A program made the position numbers and the translations under genes. DNA of 64,000 bases. Origin: Patescibacteria group bacterium (lineage in GTDB: Bacteria; Patescibacteriota; Patescibacteriia; UBA10025; JAHIVO01). The stretch lies in assembly GCA_049325535.1 (NCBI GenBank), contig JBMOKY010000001.1:29002-93001 (forward strand), read 5' to 3'. The notes below the pieces were generated by a model. It saw only the letters and a list, made by a program, of their open reading frames with translations, ran no database searches and was not told the DNA's origin. Within the stretch, counting starts at the first letter, position 1. Every line of letters starts with the position of its first letter. Shown in pieces: positions 1 to 9,464 of this stretch.

Positions 1-1
1 T

Positions 2-232
2 TTTCCGACTATGGCGAGCCGTATGATCGGTGTCGGTGAACGGACGGGAAAATTAGACGAGAGCTTGCGGTATCTCGCCGCTTTTTATGAGGACGAAGTG
101 GATAATGCCACCAAAAATTTAGCCACCGTACTCGAGCCGGCACTGTTGTTATTCATCGGGGTGGTACTTGGTTTCTTGGCCATCGCTATCATCTCCCCTA
201 TCTATCAATTCACTGGGTCGCTCCAGCCGTAA
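2..232 (+). CDS. pilC: C-terminal fragment of type II secretion/type IV pilus platform protein (GspF/PilC family); gene runs off the 5' edge of the window
   Basis: Translation ...ATVLEPALLLFIGVVLGFLAIAIISPIYQFTGSLQP matches the conserved C-terminal TM segment of PilC/GspF. The ORF is open to the window start. Confidence 0.6.
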   Translation, partial: FPTMASRMIGVGERTGKLDESLRYLAAFYEDEVDNATKNLATVLEPALLLFIGVVLGFLAIAIISPIYQFTGSLQP

Positions 233-235
233 CGT

Positions 236-1495
236 ATGATGACTCTTTCCCGACAGGCGTATGGTATCGACATCTCCGACTACTCAATCGAGCTGATGGA
301 GATTCGCGGCCATATGGGTAGACTGGCGGTGACAGCCACTGCCCGCGTTGAGCTTGAGCCTGGGGCGATGAGCAATGGCTTGGTGCAGCAGCCGGATAAA
401 TTGATTGTTGCCCTCCAGCGGCTGCAATCTAGCGCTGGTCTGGAGCGGCGCGGCATTCGCCATGCTATTCTGGCCGTTCCCGAATCACAGATGTATCTGT
501 ACGTATTTACGGTTCCGGCCGAAGTTCAGCCAGAGCATGTCGGCGAATCGGTGCAGTATATGGCTGAAGAGACGCTGCCGTTGTCATTTGATCAGGTGTA
601 TCATGATTACCAGGTCTTGTCCCAGGGGCATGACGGAACCGATGTGCTGTATGTGGCGTGCGCCAAGCCGGTTGTGGACGGATTGCGGACAGTCTGTGAT
701 CGCGCCGGTATCGTACCAGTGGTCATAGAGCCGGAGTCGGCGGCACTGGCCAGGGCATTGATTCCTCCCGGACCGGTTGCGCCCGCGGTTCTCGTGGATA
801 TCGGATCACGGACCACTATTGTTACTATCTACGACCGGCACGGCATTCGCTATTCGTACACGCTGGCGGTAGCCGGTAATGCATTCACCGATGCCTTGAT
901 GCGCGGTCGGTCGATGAGCCGCGAAGAAGCTGAGCGAATCAAACGGGAACGACTCGTCACGGTCAGTGGCCAGCCAAATGAACTCAGCGAGCCGCTTGAT
1001 CAGATTGTGGAGCGGGTCAGCACGTCAATCAGTTACTATGAACATAAGACCGGTTTTGCGGTGACCCATGTCATTTTGGCTGGGGGCAGCAGCCTCATCC
1101 CCGGAATCGACCAATTTATTGGTGGCCGACTGCGGTTGCCGGTGTCAATAGGGAAGCCGCTGCAACATGTCCAGTATGAGCGATCATTGTTTCCCGATGA
1201 AAAACGGAGCGTTCTCTACGCTACCGTGACCGGACTGGCCCTACGCGGGGCCGGTCATCATCGGATTCAGGAAGGGCTCAATCTGCTGCGCCATGAAACC
1301 GCGCATCGGCAGCTGGCAGTGGGGCATTGGTTTCATCGTGGTACGCAGCACGCGACATCCCTAGCCCGTCCTGAGGTGCGGTCGGCATCGCATCGCCTGA
1401 ATGCGCCATTGAATCGGATGCAGCTTCTCTTACTGGTATTTGGCTTTCTTATCGTAGTATTTGTTGCCGTGCTGATCATCAGGCCAAACGGGTAG
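236..1495 (+). CDS. pilM: Type IV pilus assembly protein PilM (actin-like ATPase fold) with a C-terminal hydrophobic extension, possibly a fused PilN-like TM segment
   Basis: 419-aa ORF with the PilM/FtsA-like fold pattern (GIDISDYSIELMEI..., ILAGGSSLIPGIDQFI) and a C-terminal TM helix LLLLVFGFLIVVFVAVLII. Lies between the pilC fragment and the pilin gene. Confidence 0.65.
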   Translation: MMTLSRQAYGIDISDYSIELMEIRGHMGRLAVTATARVELEPGAMSNGLVQQPDKLIVALQRLQSSAGLERRGIRHAILAVPESQMYLYVFTVPAEVQPEHVGESVQYMAEETLPLSFDQVYHDYQVLSQGHDGTDVLYVACAKPVVDGLRTVCDRAGIVPVVIEPESAALARALIPPGPVAPAVLVDIGSRTTIVTIYDRHGIRYSYTLAVAGNAFTDALMRGRSMSREEAERIKRERLVTVSGQPNELSEPLDQIVERVSTSISYYEHKTGFAVTHVILAGGSSLIPGIDQFIGGRLRLPVSIGKPLQHVQYERSLFPDEKRSVLYATVTGLALRGAGHHRIQEGLNLLRHETAHRQLAVGHWFHRGTQHATSLARPEVRSASHRLNAPLNRMQLLLLVFGFLIVVFVAVLIIRPNG

Positions 1496-1498
1496 CAG

Positions 1499-1527
1499 TT
1501 GCCGGTTGTCATTTTTTGTGGTATAAT
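1499..1527 (+). promoter_or_regulatory. Sigma70-like promoter for the pilin gene: TTGCCG-17 nt-TATAAT with an extended -10 TG
   Basis: -35 TTGCCG at 1499-1504, 17-nt spacer, TGgTATAAT ending at 1527. The pilin ATG is at 1566. Confidence 0.5.
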
Positions 1528-1565
1528 GAGACCACTGAATATTTATTTTTTATTAGACATAGCTT

Positions 1566-2021
1566 ATGACCCATACGCAGACAAAAAAAGGGTTTACCCT
1601 GCTCGAGTTGCTGGTCGTGATTGGCATCATCGGCATCCTCGCCGCAATCGTGATCATCGCCATCAATCCGGGCCGACAATTCGCCCAGGCGCGCAATGCC
1701 CAGCGATGGAATGACGTCAACGCCATCCTCAATGCGGTGCATCAGTACGCCGTGGACAATAATGGTGAGGTACCGGCCGCCATCACCGCGGTTGCCACCA
1801 ATGTCGGTTCTGGCGGCGGTAATATTGACATTTGTGGTCAGTTGGTTGGTACCGAGGGTACCTATCTGACCGAGATTCCAGCCGATCCCACGACCGGGAG
1901 CTTTACGAGTTGCGCCTCATATAATTCCGGATATGACATTTCCCAAAACGCGACGTCGGGCCGGGTGACTGTCAGCGCACCGGATGCCGAGCTCAGCACC
2001 TCAATTACGGTCAGCCGATAA
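1566..2021 (+). CDS. Type IV pilin-like protein (prepilin-type N-terminal cleavage/methylation domain)
   Basis: N-terminus MTHTQTKKGFTLLELLVVIGIIGILAAIVIIAI has the class III signal motif (G/FTLLE + hydrophobic helix). The gene is 151 aa. Confidence 0.8.
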   Translation: MTHTQTKKGFTLLELLVVIGIIGILAAIVIIAINPGRQFAQARNAQRWNDVNAILNAVHQYAVDNNGEVPAAITAVATNVGSGGGNIDICGQLVGTEGTYLTEIPADPTTGSFTSCASYNSGYDISQNATSGRVTVSAPDAELSTSITVSR

Positions 2022-2087
2022 ATAATCGTCAGTCTATCATAAAACGTCCCGCGCAAGCGGGACGTTTTGGTAATGCATATGAATAGT

Positions 2088-3716
2088 CTAGATGGTTTCC
2101 TCTTTTTTCTGTTGCTGGAAACTGACCCAGTCCTCGATGGTTTCAACCAGAATTTTAAATGGCGCCTCAATAATAAAGTCCATGATAAACATGAATACGT
2201 TTACTTTTGAAGTACGACGGGCAATCCACCGCCCTGCCCGGAGGATCGGTAGTGCAAAGAAATCAAAGATAATATTGAAAAACCCTTCACGCCGGTCGAC
2301 AATGACCAGCTCCTTGGCAGTTTGCCTGAGCCGGAGGCCGAAGAAACTGATCACACTGAGGAAGAAGAGGAACAAAAATCCGCTGACAATAGAGAACTCC
2401 AGCGCATTGAGCAGCCAGATGATCAGTCCAAATGTTACCACATATGCCAGGCCATAGAGCACATTGAATAAACCATTGAGGAATCCGCTGGCCCGCATCG
2501 TCTGCTGTTTTTTCTTGGTGATTTCTTTTTCTTCAGGGTCGTAGACTACCTCATAAATTCCCTGATATATTTTTTGCGTGTTTCGATCGGCCGGCACCCG
2601 CATCGACGTGGCGATGAGAAACATCAGGGTCGGATGAAAAACTACATTGATGGCCAGGGGTAGGATTTTGACGTGTTTGAGCACCAACAGTTCATAGGGC
2701 AGCTCGAAGACGAAGGCCATGATAGTCTTCGTCAGGAAAATATAAATGATACTGCGGATGACTCCACGGCTGAGTTTGGCGCTGGCGGCGGCATAGCGAG
2801 TATTACATGCTTGGGTGACTGCTTGGCCAAGCTGTGTCGGGTCTCCCAGGATTGCTTCGGCTCGGTCTGGATGGGACTGGATGACGTCTTTAAGGATGGT
2901 AAAGATGGGGGCGAATTTTTTGGCATAGTTAAAGAGCCGGTCGCCGACACGGTGATTGATCTGCTGTTCGATACGTTCGACGTAGGCAGGGATTTGGGTG
3001 GCAAAGTCGCTGGTTTCGTCGGGAGTCATGAAGCGCCATTGGGGGGCATAGTAATACAAGAGGTGGTAGCGCAGCATGGCCGAGTCTGATTTTATCAGCG
3101 CCCGGTGGATGGCGATATAGACCTGGATGTCCTGATCCTCGGGATTAAAAATATCCCGCGAAAGATCAACTTGTCCTCGTAATGTTTTGTACATGAGCTC
3201 TACCAGCGCATCATCGCGGATGGAGGGCTTCAGATATTCTTCAATTTCAAATGCCATCACCGAAATGACCCAATTGATCGTCCGTTTTCGCTTTTTTTGG
3301 TCAGCAGTCTGGCGGTTCAGCGCATCGAGGAGGTAGGTGTATTTGATGATGATACTCTCGATGTCCGGCAGGCGCCGCTCGGGGAAATAGGCATTGGGCA
3401 GGTAGCCGGCACGGATTAGTTCGCGGATGAGTGGCGCTGCCACCTGAGCAGTTCGCTCTTGTGAAAAAATACGCCGCTTGAGCATGCGGGTGATGGCGTT
3501 TTTTCTGATCAGGTGCTCTTCCTGATAATCAATAGCTTGGCGTACTTTTTCATAGACGTATGCCATTTTACTGACCGTTTCATTGACGGTGACTTTCGGC
3601 TCGTCCTTTGCGCCCTCGATGGATTCTTCATTGTGCCGCTCACGAAAAATATCCAGAACGTCCTGTATATGTGGAGCGATTGATTGTTTGGATTGTGGCA
3701 TAGGGTAACCGCGCAC
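2088..3716 (-). CDS. Hypothetical integral membrane protein (542 aa): long soluble N-terminal region, 4-6 C-terminal TM helices
   Basis: Long ORF with a good coding pattern. C-terminal hydrophobic helices (FLNGLFNVLYGLAYVVTFGLIIWLLNALEFSIVSGFLFLFFLSVISFFGL...). No family recognised with confidence. Confidence 0.5.
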   Translation of the reverse strand: MRGYPMPQSKQSIAPHIQDVLDIFRERHNEESIEGAKDEPKVTVNETVSKMAYVYEKVRQAIDYQEEHLIRKNAITRMLKRRIFSQERTAQVAAPLIRELIRAGYLPNAYFPERRLPDIESIIIKYTYLLDALNRQTADQKKRKRTINWVISVMAFEIEEYLKPSIRDDALVELMYKTLRGQVDLSRDIFNPEDQDIQVYIAIHRALIKSDSAMLRYHLLYYYAPQWRFMTPDETSDFATQIPAYVERIEQQINHRVGDRLFNYAKKFAPIFTILKDVIQSHPDRAEAILGDPTQLGQAVTQACNTRYAAASAKLSRGVIRSIIYIFLTKTIMAFVFELPYELLVLKHVKILPLAINVVFHPTLMFLIATSMRVPADRNTQKIYQGIYEVVYDPEEKEITKKKQQTMRASGFLNGLFNVLYGLAYVVTFGLIIWLLNALEFSIVSGFLFLFFLSVISFFGLRLRQTAKELVIVDRREGFFNIIFDFFALPILRAGRWIARRTSKVNVFMFIMDFIIEAPFKILVETIEDWVSFQQQKKEETI

Positions 3717-3818
3717 TATAGCGTATCATGGCATGAGTGTCAAGGATGACGGAGGTAACATGCCAGCGAGTTTTTATTGTACCATTCGGGGGTATTTTTT
3801 TGAAGCGCACGCGCTGGT

Positions 3819-4046
3819 CTAAAACCAGCCGCTGGTGATCGGTTTTTTGCGCAGGCTGGCGGTACCGTCCTTGTCCACCACAAATTCATAGGTACGTCCT
3901 TTGATCTTGAATTCAGACCGCATTTTTTTTCGCGTGTCTTGAGCCTCCTTCATCAACGGATAGAATTTTTCCATTTTTTCTTTGTATGAAAAATAATTGA
4001 GCATACCGTCTTCGTCGACGATATCATCATCAAAGTCGATTACCAT
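3819..4046 (-). CDS. Small hypothetical protein (75 aa)
   Basis: ORF only. Confidence 0.3.
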   Translation of the reverse strand: MVIDFDDDIVDEDGMLNYFSYKEKMEKFYPLMKEAQDTRKKMRSEFKIKGRTYEFVVDKDGTASLRKKPITSGWF

Positions 4047-4089
4047 ATAGGTATGTGTAAGTGGATGAACATATGACTATCTATAGGTA

Positions 4090-4122
4090 GTGTATCAAAA
4101 AAAGAAGGCCATCACCATGGGT
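4090..4122 (-). terminator. Intrinsic terminator (hairpin GGCCGTCACCACCCATGGTGATGGCC followed by a T-run on the minus strand)
   Basis: GC-rich stem with a CCATGG-centred loop, then TTTTTTT on the minus strand. Sits downstream of the minus-strand membrane-protein gene. Confidence 0.5.
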
Positions 4123-4161
4123 GGTGACGGCCATCGTCATTGAAGGGGTGCGGACGTCCGG

Positions 4162-4440
4162 TCAGGCCGCGCTTTTCGCGTGTGATTTCCGTCTGGCGGC
4201 GGCTGCGTCCCGGAATGTGTCGGGAACCGATTCCAGCCATAGGATGGTCAGCACCGGTAGAGCCATAACCCCAAGTATCAGGAACAGCGGGGTGGGCATG
4301 CCATTCCCGTCATGCGCGCGTTCGACCGCCGAAAGAATAGGTACGATTACCCAGCGTCCGATGACGTATGAGATGGCCATGCCAATCAGGCACAGCAGCC
4401 CGCCCAGCAGTGTGAATGGGTTTGTAAGTACGGTACGCAT
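4162..4440 (-). CDS. Small membrane protein (two TM helices)
   Basis: Hydrophobic helices LLGGLLCLIGMAISYVIGRWVIVPILS and LFLILGVMALPVLTILWL. Followed by the terminator at about 4090-4122 on the same strand. Confidence 0.4.
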   Translation of the reverse strand: MRTVLTNPFTLLGGLLCLIGMAISYVIGRWVIVPILSAVERAHDGNGMPTPLFLILGVMALPVLTILWLESVPDTFRDAAAARRKSHAKSAA

Positions 4441-4549
4441 CGATCCTCCATGAAAAGAGCTTGGATATTGCTGCAGCCTACGCCATCCGAAGCAAGCTGT
4501 CAATATTTTTTGCAACCGGGGTTTTAATTTGGTACACTACAGGTCACCC

Positions 4550-5126
4550 TATGCATAAAGTCGTCTTCGATATCGAAACAAAAAATACATTTAGCGACAT
4601 CGGCAGTAGTAATCCCGGCAAGCTGGAGATATCACTGCTGGTCGTCTATGATTATGCCACGGACCAGTATTTGAGTTTTATGGAGCAGGATTTTTCCCGG
4701 CTGTGGAAAATTCTGGAAAATACGGATTTGATCATTGGTTTTAATTCAGACCATTTTGATATCCCGGTTTTGAACCGGTATTATCCCGGTGATTTAACCA
4801 AGATAAAGAGTCTGGATTTGCTCGATGCCCTATATCGTTCACTGGGGCGTCGCGTATCGCTCGATATGGTTGCCGCCGGGACACTCGGTACGCGAAAAAG
4901 CGGAAAGGGGCTCGATGCCATCCATTGGTGGAAAAATGGGGAAATCGATAAATTGAGAAAGTATTGCACCGATGATGTGCGGATTACCAAGGACATCTAT
5001 GAGTACGCACTCCGGCACGGTGAACTAAAGTATAAATTGGGTGGCGACGTGCATACGGTGCCGATTGATACACGGAGCTGGGAAGTGCGGGTACAGACGC
5101 CGCTGAATTACACGCTGCCTTTTTAA
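4550..5126 (+). CDS. RNase H-like 3'-5' exonuclease domain protein (DnaQ/PolB-exonuclease-like, COG3359-type)
   Basis: MHKVVFDIETKN...LIIGFNSDHFDIPVL...KYCTDDVRITKDIY resembles the Exo I (DxE) and Exo II/III motifs of DEDD-type exonucleases. Confidence 0.5.
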
Positions 5127-5217
5127 ATTGACTGATCCCATCGGCTGGTGTACGGTACACAGTATTCTTTTGTATGTTCTTTTTTTTCGCATGCACTCAA
5201 ACCATGGAGGACGAATT

Positions 5218-5454
5218 ATGCCCAGTCAACAGCGGCAGAACAAGACGACGCCCAACGTACTCCGCGCCAAACTGCGAAAAAAGCGCAATCGCCAGCTCCG
5301 TCGCATCCACGATTTTCAGGAAGCGGAAGCTCGCGGTATCACCGTGGATGAATTGCATCGTCAGCAGTATGCGATAGCGGCTACCATCCGCCGTCGCATA
5401 GCCTCCCCATCAGCTTACACTGGGGAGTACCGGCAGTGGTATCGTCAATGGTAA
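5218..5454 (+). CDS. Small basic hypothetical protein
   Basis: ORF with an Arg/Lys-rich N-terminus. The terminator immediately downstream at 5487-5516 supports transcription. Confidence 0.3.
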   Translation: MPSQQRQNKTTPNVLRAKLRKKRNRQLRRIHDFQEAEARGITVDELHRQQYAIAATIRRRIASPSAYTGEYRQWYRQW

Positions 5455-5486
5455 TTGGCCACATCATTTCGGCCAATAGCTACAGG

Positions 5487-5516
5487 AGCCCGAGGAATGT
5501 TTCTCGGGCTTTTCTA
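5487..5516 (+). terminator. Intrinsic terminator
   Basis: AGCCCGAG-8 nt-CTCGGGCT followed by TTTTCT. Confidence 0.55.
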
Positions 5517-5520
5517 TGCA

Positions 5521-5555
5521 TTGACAGATGTCACTTCCCATGCTAGAGTGTCGTT
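5521..5555 (+). promoter_or_regulatory. Sigma70-like promoter TTGACA-17-TAGAGT with a ~90-nt leader upstream of the RRM protein gene
   Basis: TTGACA at 5521-5526, 17-nt spacer, then TAGAGT. The ATG is at 5647. Confidence 0.45.
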
Positions 5556-5646
5556 GTTCGCCTCTTTTAGGAATACCGGCAGAAGCCGGTGATGAAAGGT
5601 CCTCCTAGAAAGAGCGGGTACTTTAATCAAGTTACGTATCAACACC

Positions 5647-5928
5647 ATGGGCAAAAAGCTCTTTGTGGGGAACCTTGCTTACGGCGTCACCGATGAAGAT
5701 CTCGGTAGTGCCTTTGCAGCGTCCGGTACCGTAGCATCAGCCAAGGTCATCACCGATCGCGTCACAGGACGCTCACGGGGATTCGGCTTTGTCGAGATGT
5801 CAACGGATGAGGAAGCGCAAGCAGCGATCCAAGCAATGGACGGCCAAGATATCGGCGGCCGACCTGTGAAGGTCAATGAAGCGCGTCCGCAAACGGACCG
5901 ACCGCGAGGCAATTTCTCTGATCGCTAG
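5647..5928 (+). CDS. RRM-type RNA-binding protein
   Basis: RNP-2-like LFVGNL and RNP-1-like RGFGFVEM motifs. 93 aa with a Gly/Arg-rich C-terminus. Confidence 0.85.
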   Translation: MGKKLFVGNLAYGVTDEDLGSAFAASGTVASAKVITDRVTGRSRGFGFVEMSTDEEAQAAIQAMDGQDIGGRPVKVNEARPQTDRPRGNFSDR

Positions 5929-5957
5929 ACACTCACCATAGCATCACACAAACAAAA

Positions 5958-5984
5958 AACACCTCTTTACCGGGGTGTTTTTTG
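5958..5984 (+). terminator. Intrinsic terminator after the RRM gene
   Basis: AACACC-loop-GGTGTT followed by TTTTTT. Confidence 0.55.
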
Positions 5985-6178
5985 GTGGGGAGGCTAGAGG
6001 GATTTTGTCGCCTCGCTCCGCTCGTTGTCCTGGGCAGCGACGATCTGCCAGTGGCAGATCGTCGGCGTTCAGCTTCGCGTTTCGCGCTTGCTTTACTGCT
6101 GCCCGTTCGAATCCCTCTATCAATTCATCTTAATAGAAAAACCGTCACCATGTCTTCGACACGGTGCCGCTTTTTCTA

Positions 6179-6254
6179 TGGGGTGGCTAGAGGGATTCGA
6201 ACCCTCGTCATCGGTGCCACAGACCGATGCACTAACCACTGTGCTATAGCCACC
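6179..6254 (-). tRNA. tRNA-His (anticodon GTG)
   Basis: Reverse complement GGTGGCTATAGCACAGTGGTTAGTGCATCGGTCTGTGGCACCGATGACGAGGGTTCGAATCCCTCTAGCCACCCCA folds as a cloverleaf with anticodon loop CTGTGGC. Confidence 0.7.
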
Positions 6255-6372
6255 ATGTTCAAACGGTGCTCCCGGTCCCATGTTCGATTATCATCAACCA
6301 CTTCACCTGCGCACACGTTTCTCATTTTTTTCGCCTGCCCATGGGCAAGCTTGGTGATAATTCGGAAATGGA

Positions 6373-6461
6373 TTGGTGCGGACGGGGAGACTTGAACTCC
6401 CAAGGGCTTGCGCCCACTAGCACCTCAAGCTAGCGCGTCTACCAAATTGCGCCACGTCCGC
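6373..6461 (-). tRNA. tRNA-Leu (anticodon GAG), long variable arm
   Basis: Reverse complement GCGGACGTGGCGCAATTTGGTAGACGCGCTAGCTTGAGGTGCTAGTGGGCGCAAGCCCTTGGGAGTTCAAGTCTCCCCGTCCGCACCA. Confidence 0.7.
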
Positions 6462-6578
6462 TCGAAAAGGGTGAATGGTTGCCGCAGCATTGCCTGAAGT
6501 ATACGTTTACCCCCTGATGTTTTTGAAATACCGGTCCCATTTTTCCGCCACACGTCAGGCTGGGCCGCTGGCAACTAA

Positions 6579-6923
6579 TTACTTGGCGGTAATTTCCTTG
6601 AGTTTTTTCTTATAGGTGCGCAGGTAGTTCAGTTTGGCGCGACGTACTTTTGCCTTTTTTACGACCTCGATTTTGGTGATCGTCGGCAGGTGGATGGGGA
6701 ATATTTTTTCTACTCCGATTCCCTCGGATATCTTCCGTACCGTGATGGTACCATTGATTCCCGAACCGCCCGTGCGGGCGATAACCATGCCCTCAAATTT
6801 TTGGGTTCGTTCCTTATCACCTTCCTTGATTTTTTGATAGACGGCAACGGTATGACCCGGGCGGATGTCCGGCAGGTCTTTTTTTAGGTGTTTGGCATTG
6901 AGTTCTCGTACGGTCGTTTTCAT
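6579..6923 (-). CDS. rplS: 50S ribosomal protein L19
   Basis: [66 protein letters not shown]... is a canonical L19 sequence. Confidence 0.9.
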   Translation of the reverse strand: MKTTVRELNAKHLKKDLPDIRPGHTVAVYQKIKEGDKERTQKFEGMVIARTGGSGINGTITVRKISEGIGVEKIFPIHLPTITKIEVVKKAKVRRAKLNYLRTYKKKLKEITAK

Positions 6924-6973
6924 ACAAAAATCGGCAAATACTAATTTTTTAAGTACTCACCAGCATACCCATA

Positions 6974-7930
6974 TTACCGTATACTGTCAAGAATTTCCGC
7001 TAATTTTTTCGGCAGCTCACATTCGACCATGAGGCGCGATCCATCGGGCAGCGGAAAGGCCAGATGGTAGGCATGGAGGAAAATGCGGTCAAGCGTGAGG
7101 GATGATTTCATTTTTTTTGGATGATAGAGCTGGTCACCGACGATGGGTAGGCCGTAGGCATTGAGGTGAACACGAATTTGATGGGTGCGGCCGGTGCGCG
7201 GCCTGACCCGGAGCAGGGTGTATGACCCGAGCGGTTCGATGATTTCAAATTCGGTCAGCGCGGGTTTGCCGCGGTCCCGCTCCTGTGATGGCACCGCGGC
7301 CATTTTGTGGTCGGCGGTGCTACTGCGGTCAATATTAAATTTAATTTCGCCATTTGGCTGCTGCGGTCGGCCATACACGAGCGCATAGTACCATTTTTCT
7401 ACCCGGCGGGATTTGAATTGAGTTTTCAGATGGTCAAACATATCCTGTGTTTTTGCGATGACCAGCAACCCGGAGACGTCTTTGTCTATTCGGTGTACGA
7501 TCCCCGGTCTCACTGGATCTTCTCCGATTTTCGCCACGTCCGGGTAGTGCCGTAGTACAAAATCAACCACCGTGGCTTCGTGTTTTCCGGGGGCGTCATG
7601 CACCAGCACGCCCGCCGGTTTATTTATGATGAGGTATTCGGTGGTGTCTTTGACAATAGGTATGTCCGGAATTGGTAACGGTTGAGTGGGTAATTCGGAT
7701 GGTTTCCGTGCCGACACAATCACATCATCGATCGCCACCCGGTCACCGACTTTGAGGAATTGGTGGACGGTAGGGATCAGGCCATTGACCGTGACCCGTC
7801 CGGACTTGATACGTTTCTGCAGCTGGGAGCGGGAGCTTTGTGGCAGCTGTGTATTGAGAAATTTATCCAATCGCTGACCAGCCTCCGGTTTAGTTATCGT
7901 AAAGTGAGTCATGATTTTTTCTGTAGCCAT
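6974..7930 (-). CDS. rluD: RluA-family 23S rRNA pseudouridine synthase (RluD-like) with an N-terminal S4 domain
   Basis: S4-like N-terminus (RLDKFL...RSQLQKRIKSGRVTVNG) and the catalytic HRIDKDVSGLLVIAKT motif. Confidence 0.85.
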   Translation of the reverse strand: MATEKIMTHFTITKPEAGQRLDKFLNTQLPQSSRSQLQKRIKSGRVTVNGLIPTVHQFLKVGDRVAIDDVIVSARKPSELPTQPLPIPDIPIVKDTTEYLIINKPAGVLVHDAPGKHEATVVDFVLRHYPDVAKIGEDPVRPGIVHRIDKDVSGLLVIAKTQDMFDHLKTQFKSRRVEKWYYALVYGRPQQPNGEIKFNIDRSSTADHKMAAVPSQERDRGKPALTEFEIIEPLGSYTLLRVRPRTGRTHQIRVHLNAYGLPIVGDQLYHPKKMKSSLTLDRIFLHAYHLAFPLPDGSRLMVECELPKKLAEILDSIR

Positions 7931-9360
7931 TGACGTGCAGCTGATGCGGTTCGGATTTCTCCCGCGAGTTGAGCTTCCCGGAGTGCGGCCTTGAGCGTGC
8001 CGATACGTGGCCCTGGCTTCAATTTCATCATCCGCATGATGTCATGACCCGAAAGGAGCTCAGCGGGGAGCGCCGCCCCGTGGCGCGGTTTGATTGATCG
8101 TATTTGCCGTTCCAGTTGCCGGTAGTCGGTGGCGTCGGGGCGATTATTTTTTTTAAAAATAGTCGCTTGGATATCGGCATATGAGAGCATGAGTAGCGCG
8201 GTTCCAGGCCGGGCCGATGAGTAAAAATATTTTTCAATCGTCGTTTTTTTCATGGGAGAATGTTTGCTGCTGGCTACGATCATGTGTCGACGGATAAGCC
8301 AGTTGACCTGCTCGGTATCCACCCCGGCGCTGGCTATTTTCAGGCGCTGCATGATTCGTGAAGCTATGTCCGCGCCGACGATATCGTGGTTATTGAACCG
8401 GAGACGGTCAGCTCGAGTGAGCGTAGCGGGTTTGCCGATGTCATGCCAAAGCAGCGCCACAATGAGCTCTGGGGTTAGCTGCTCCCCGGAAAATTTTTTT
8501 TTGAATGCAGCAGCACTGAGTTTCCTGAGACAAAGTCGGGTATGTGTCCAGACATCCCCTTCAGCATGGAATTCGGGCGGTTGTGGGCACCCTTTCATGA
8601 CAAGCATTTCTGGCATGAGTTGTGCCGTGCACCCCAGCTCATCATACAAATCGAAAGCCGCCACCGGACTCGCCACAAACGTTTTGACAAATTCAGCAGC
8701 AATGGTTTCGCGGGGTACGGTGTATTCCCCCTTTATTTTTTTATTGATATGTCGCATGGCTGAACGGATACTCGCGCGGGTGTCAGGTTCGATAGCGAAT
8801 CCGAGCTGGCAGGCAAAACGGATTGCGCGCAGCATGCGGGAGTAATCCTCGGCGAAACGCTGGGATGGTATGCCGACCGTACGGATTATTTTTTTCTTCA
8901 GATCACGCTGTCCGCGGTGCAAGTCGAGTAATGTTCGCTGGCGGACGTCGTATGCCAGCGCATTGATGGTAAAATCCCGGCGCTGCAAGTCCGATTCGAT
9001 AGGCAAACGATAATCCGACTGAACTGTCACATCGCGGTATGCCCCGGACATGCCGGCATGTTCGGTACGGGGCAGAGCGATATCGATCGGCTGGCGGAGT
9101 TTTGTATTGCTGGGGAGAAATTTCAGCACGCCGAAACGACGGCCGACCAGGTCGACCTGACCATGGCGCTGGAGCCAGGTCTGTAATTTTTTCAGCGGTA
9201 TCCCACGGATGACAAAATCATAGTCTTTTGAGGGGCGACGGAGCAGGGCGTCCCTGACGATGCCGCCGACCAAATAGATTTCCGACTGTGGAAAATCCCG
9301 CTTCAGGCGGCTGAGGAAGCCCAATTCCTTTCTTTGTGTGATGGCGTGGAGTGTTTGCAT
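7909..9360 (-). CDS. cca: CCA-adding tRNA nucleotidyltransferase / poly(A) polymerase family protein with an HD domain
   Basis: YLVGGIVRDALL...DYDF head motif. C-terminal HD domain (LLWHDIGKP). Confidence 0.8.
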   Translation of the reverse strand: MQTLHAITQRKELGFLSRLKRDFPQSEIYLVGGIVRDALLRRPSKDYDFVIRGIPLKKLQTWLQRHGQVDLVGRRFGVLKFLPSNTKLRQPIDIALPRTEHAGMSGAYRDVTVQSDYRLPIESDLQRRDFTINALAYDVRQRTLLDLHRGQRDLKKKIIRTVGIPSQRFAEDYSRMLRAIRFACQLGFAIEPDTRASIRSAMRHINKKIKGEYTVPRETIAAEFVKTFVASPVAAFDLYDELGCTAQLMPEMLVMKGCPQPPEFHAEGDVWTHTRLCLRKLSAAAFKKKFSGEQLTPELIVALLWHDIGKPATLTRADRLRFNNHDIVGADIASRIMQRLKIASAGVDTEQVNWLIRRHMIVASSKHSPMKKTTIEKYFYSSARPGTALLMLSYADIQATIFKKNNRPDATDYRQLERQIRSIKPRHGAALPAELLSGHDIMRMMKLKPGPRIGTLKAALREAQLAGEIRTASAARQWLQKKS

Positions 9361-9464
9361 ACCTACTTGTACGGTAGCGCATCCTCCATTCCTTGACAAT
9401 ACGAAAAATAATTGTCAGAGTGCACTATTACCGAATGAACGTTGACAAAACATATAGTAGGAGG

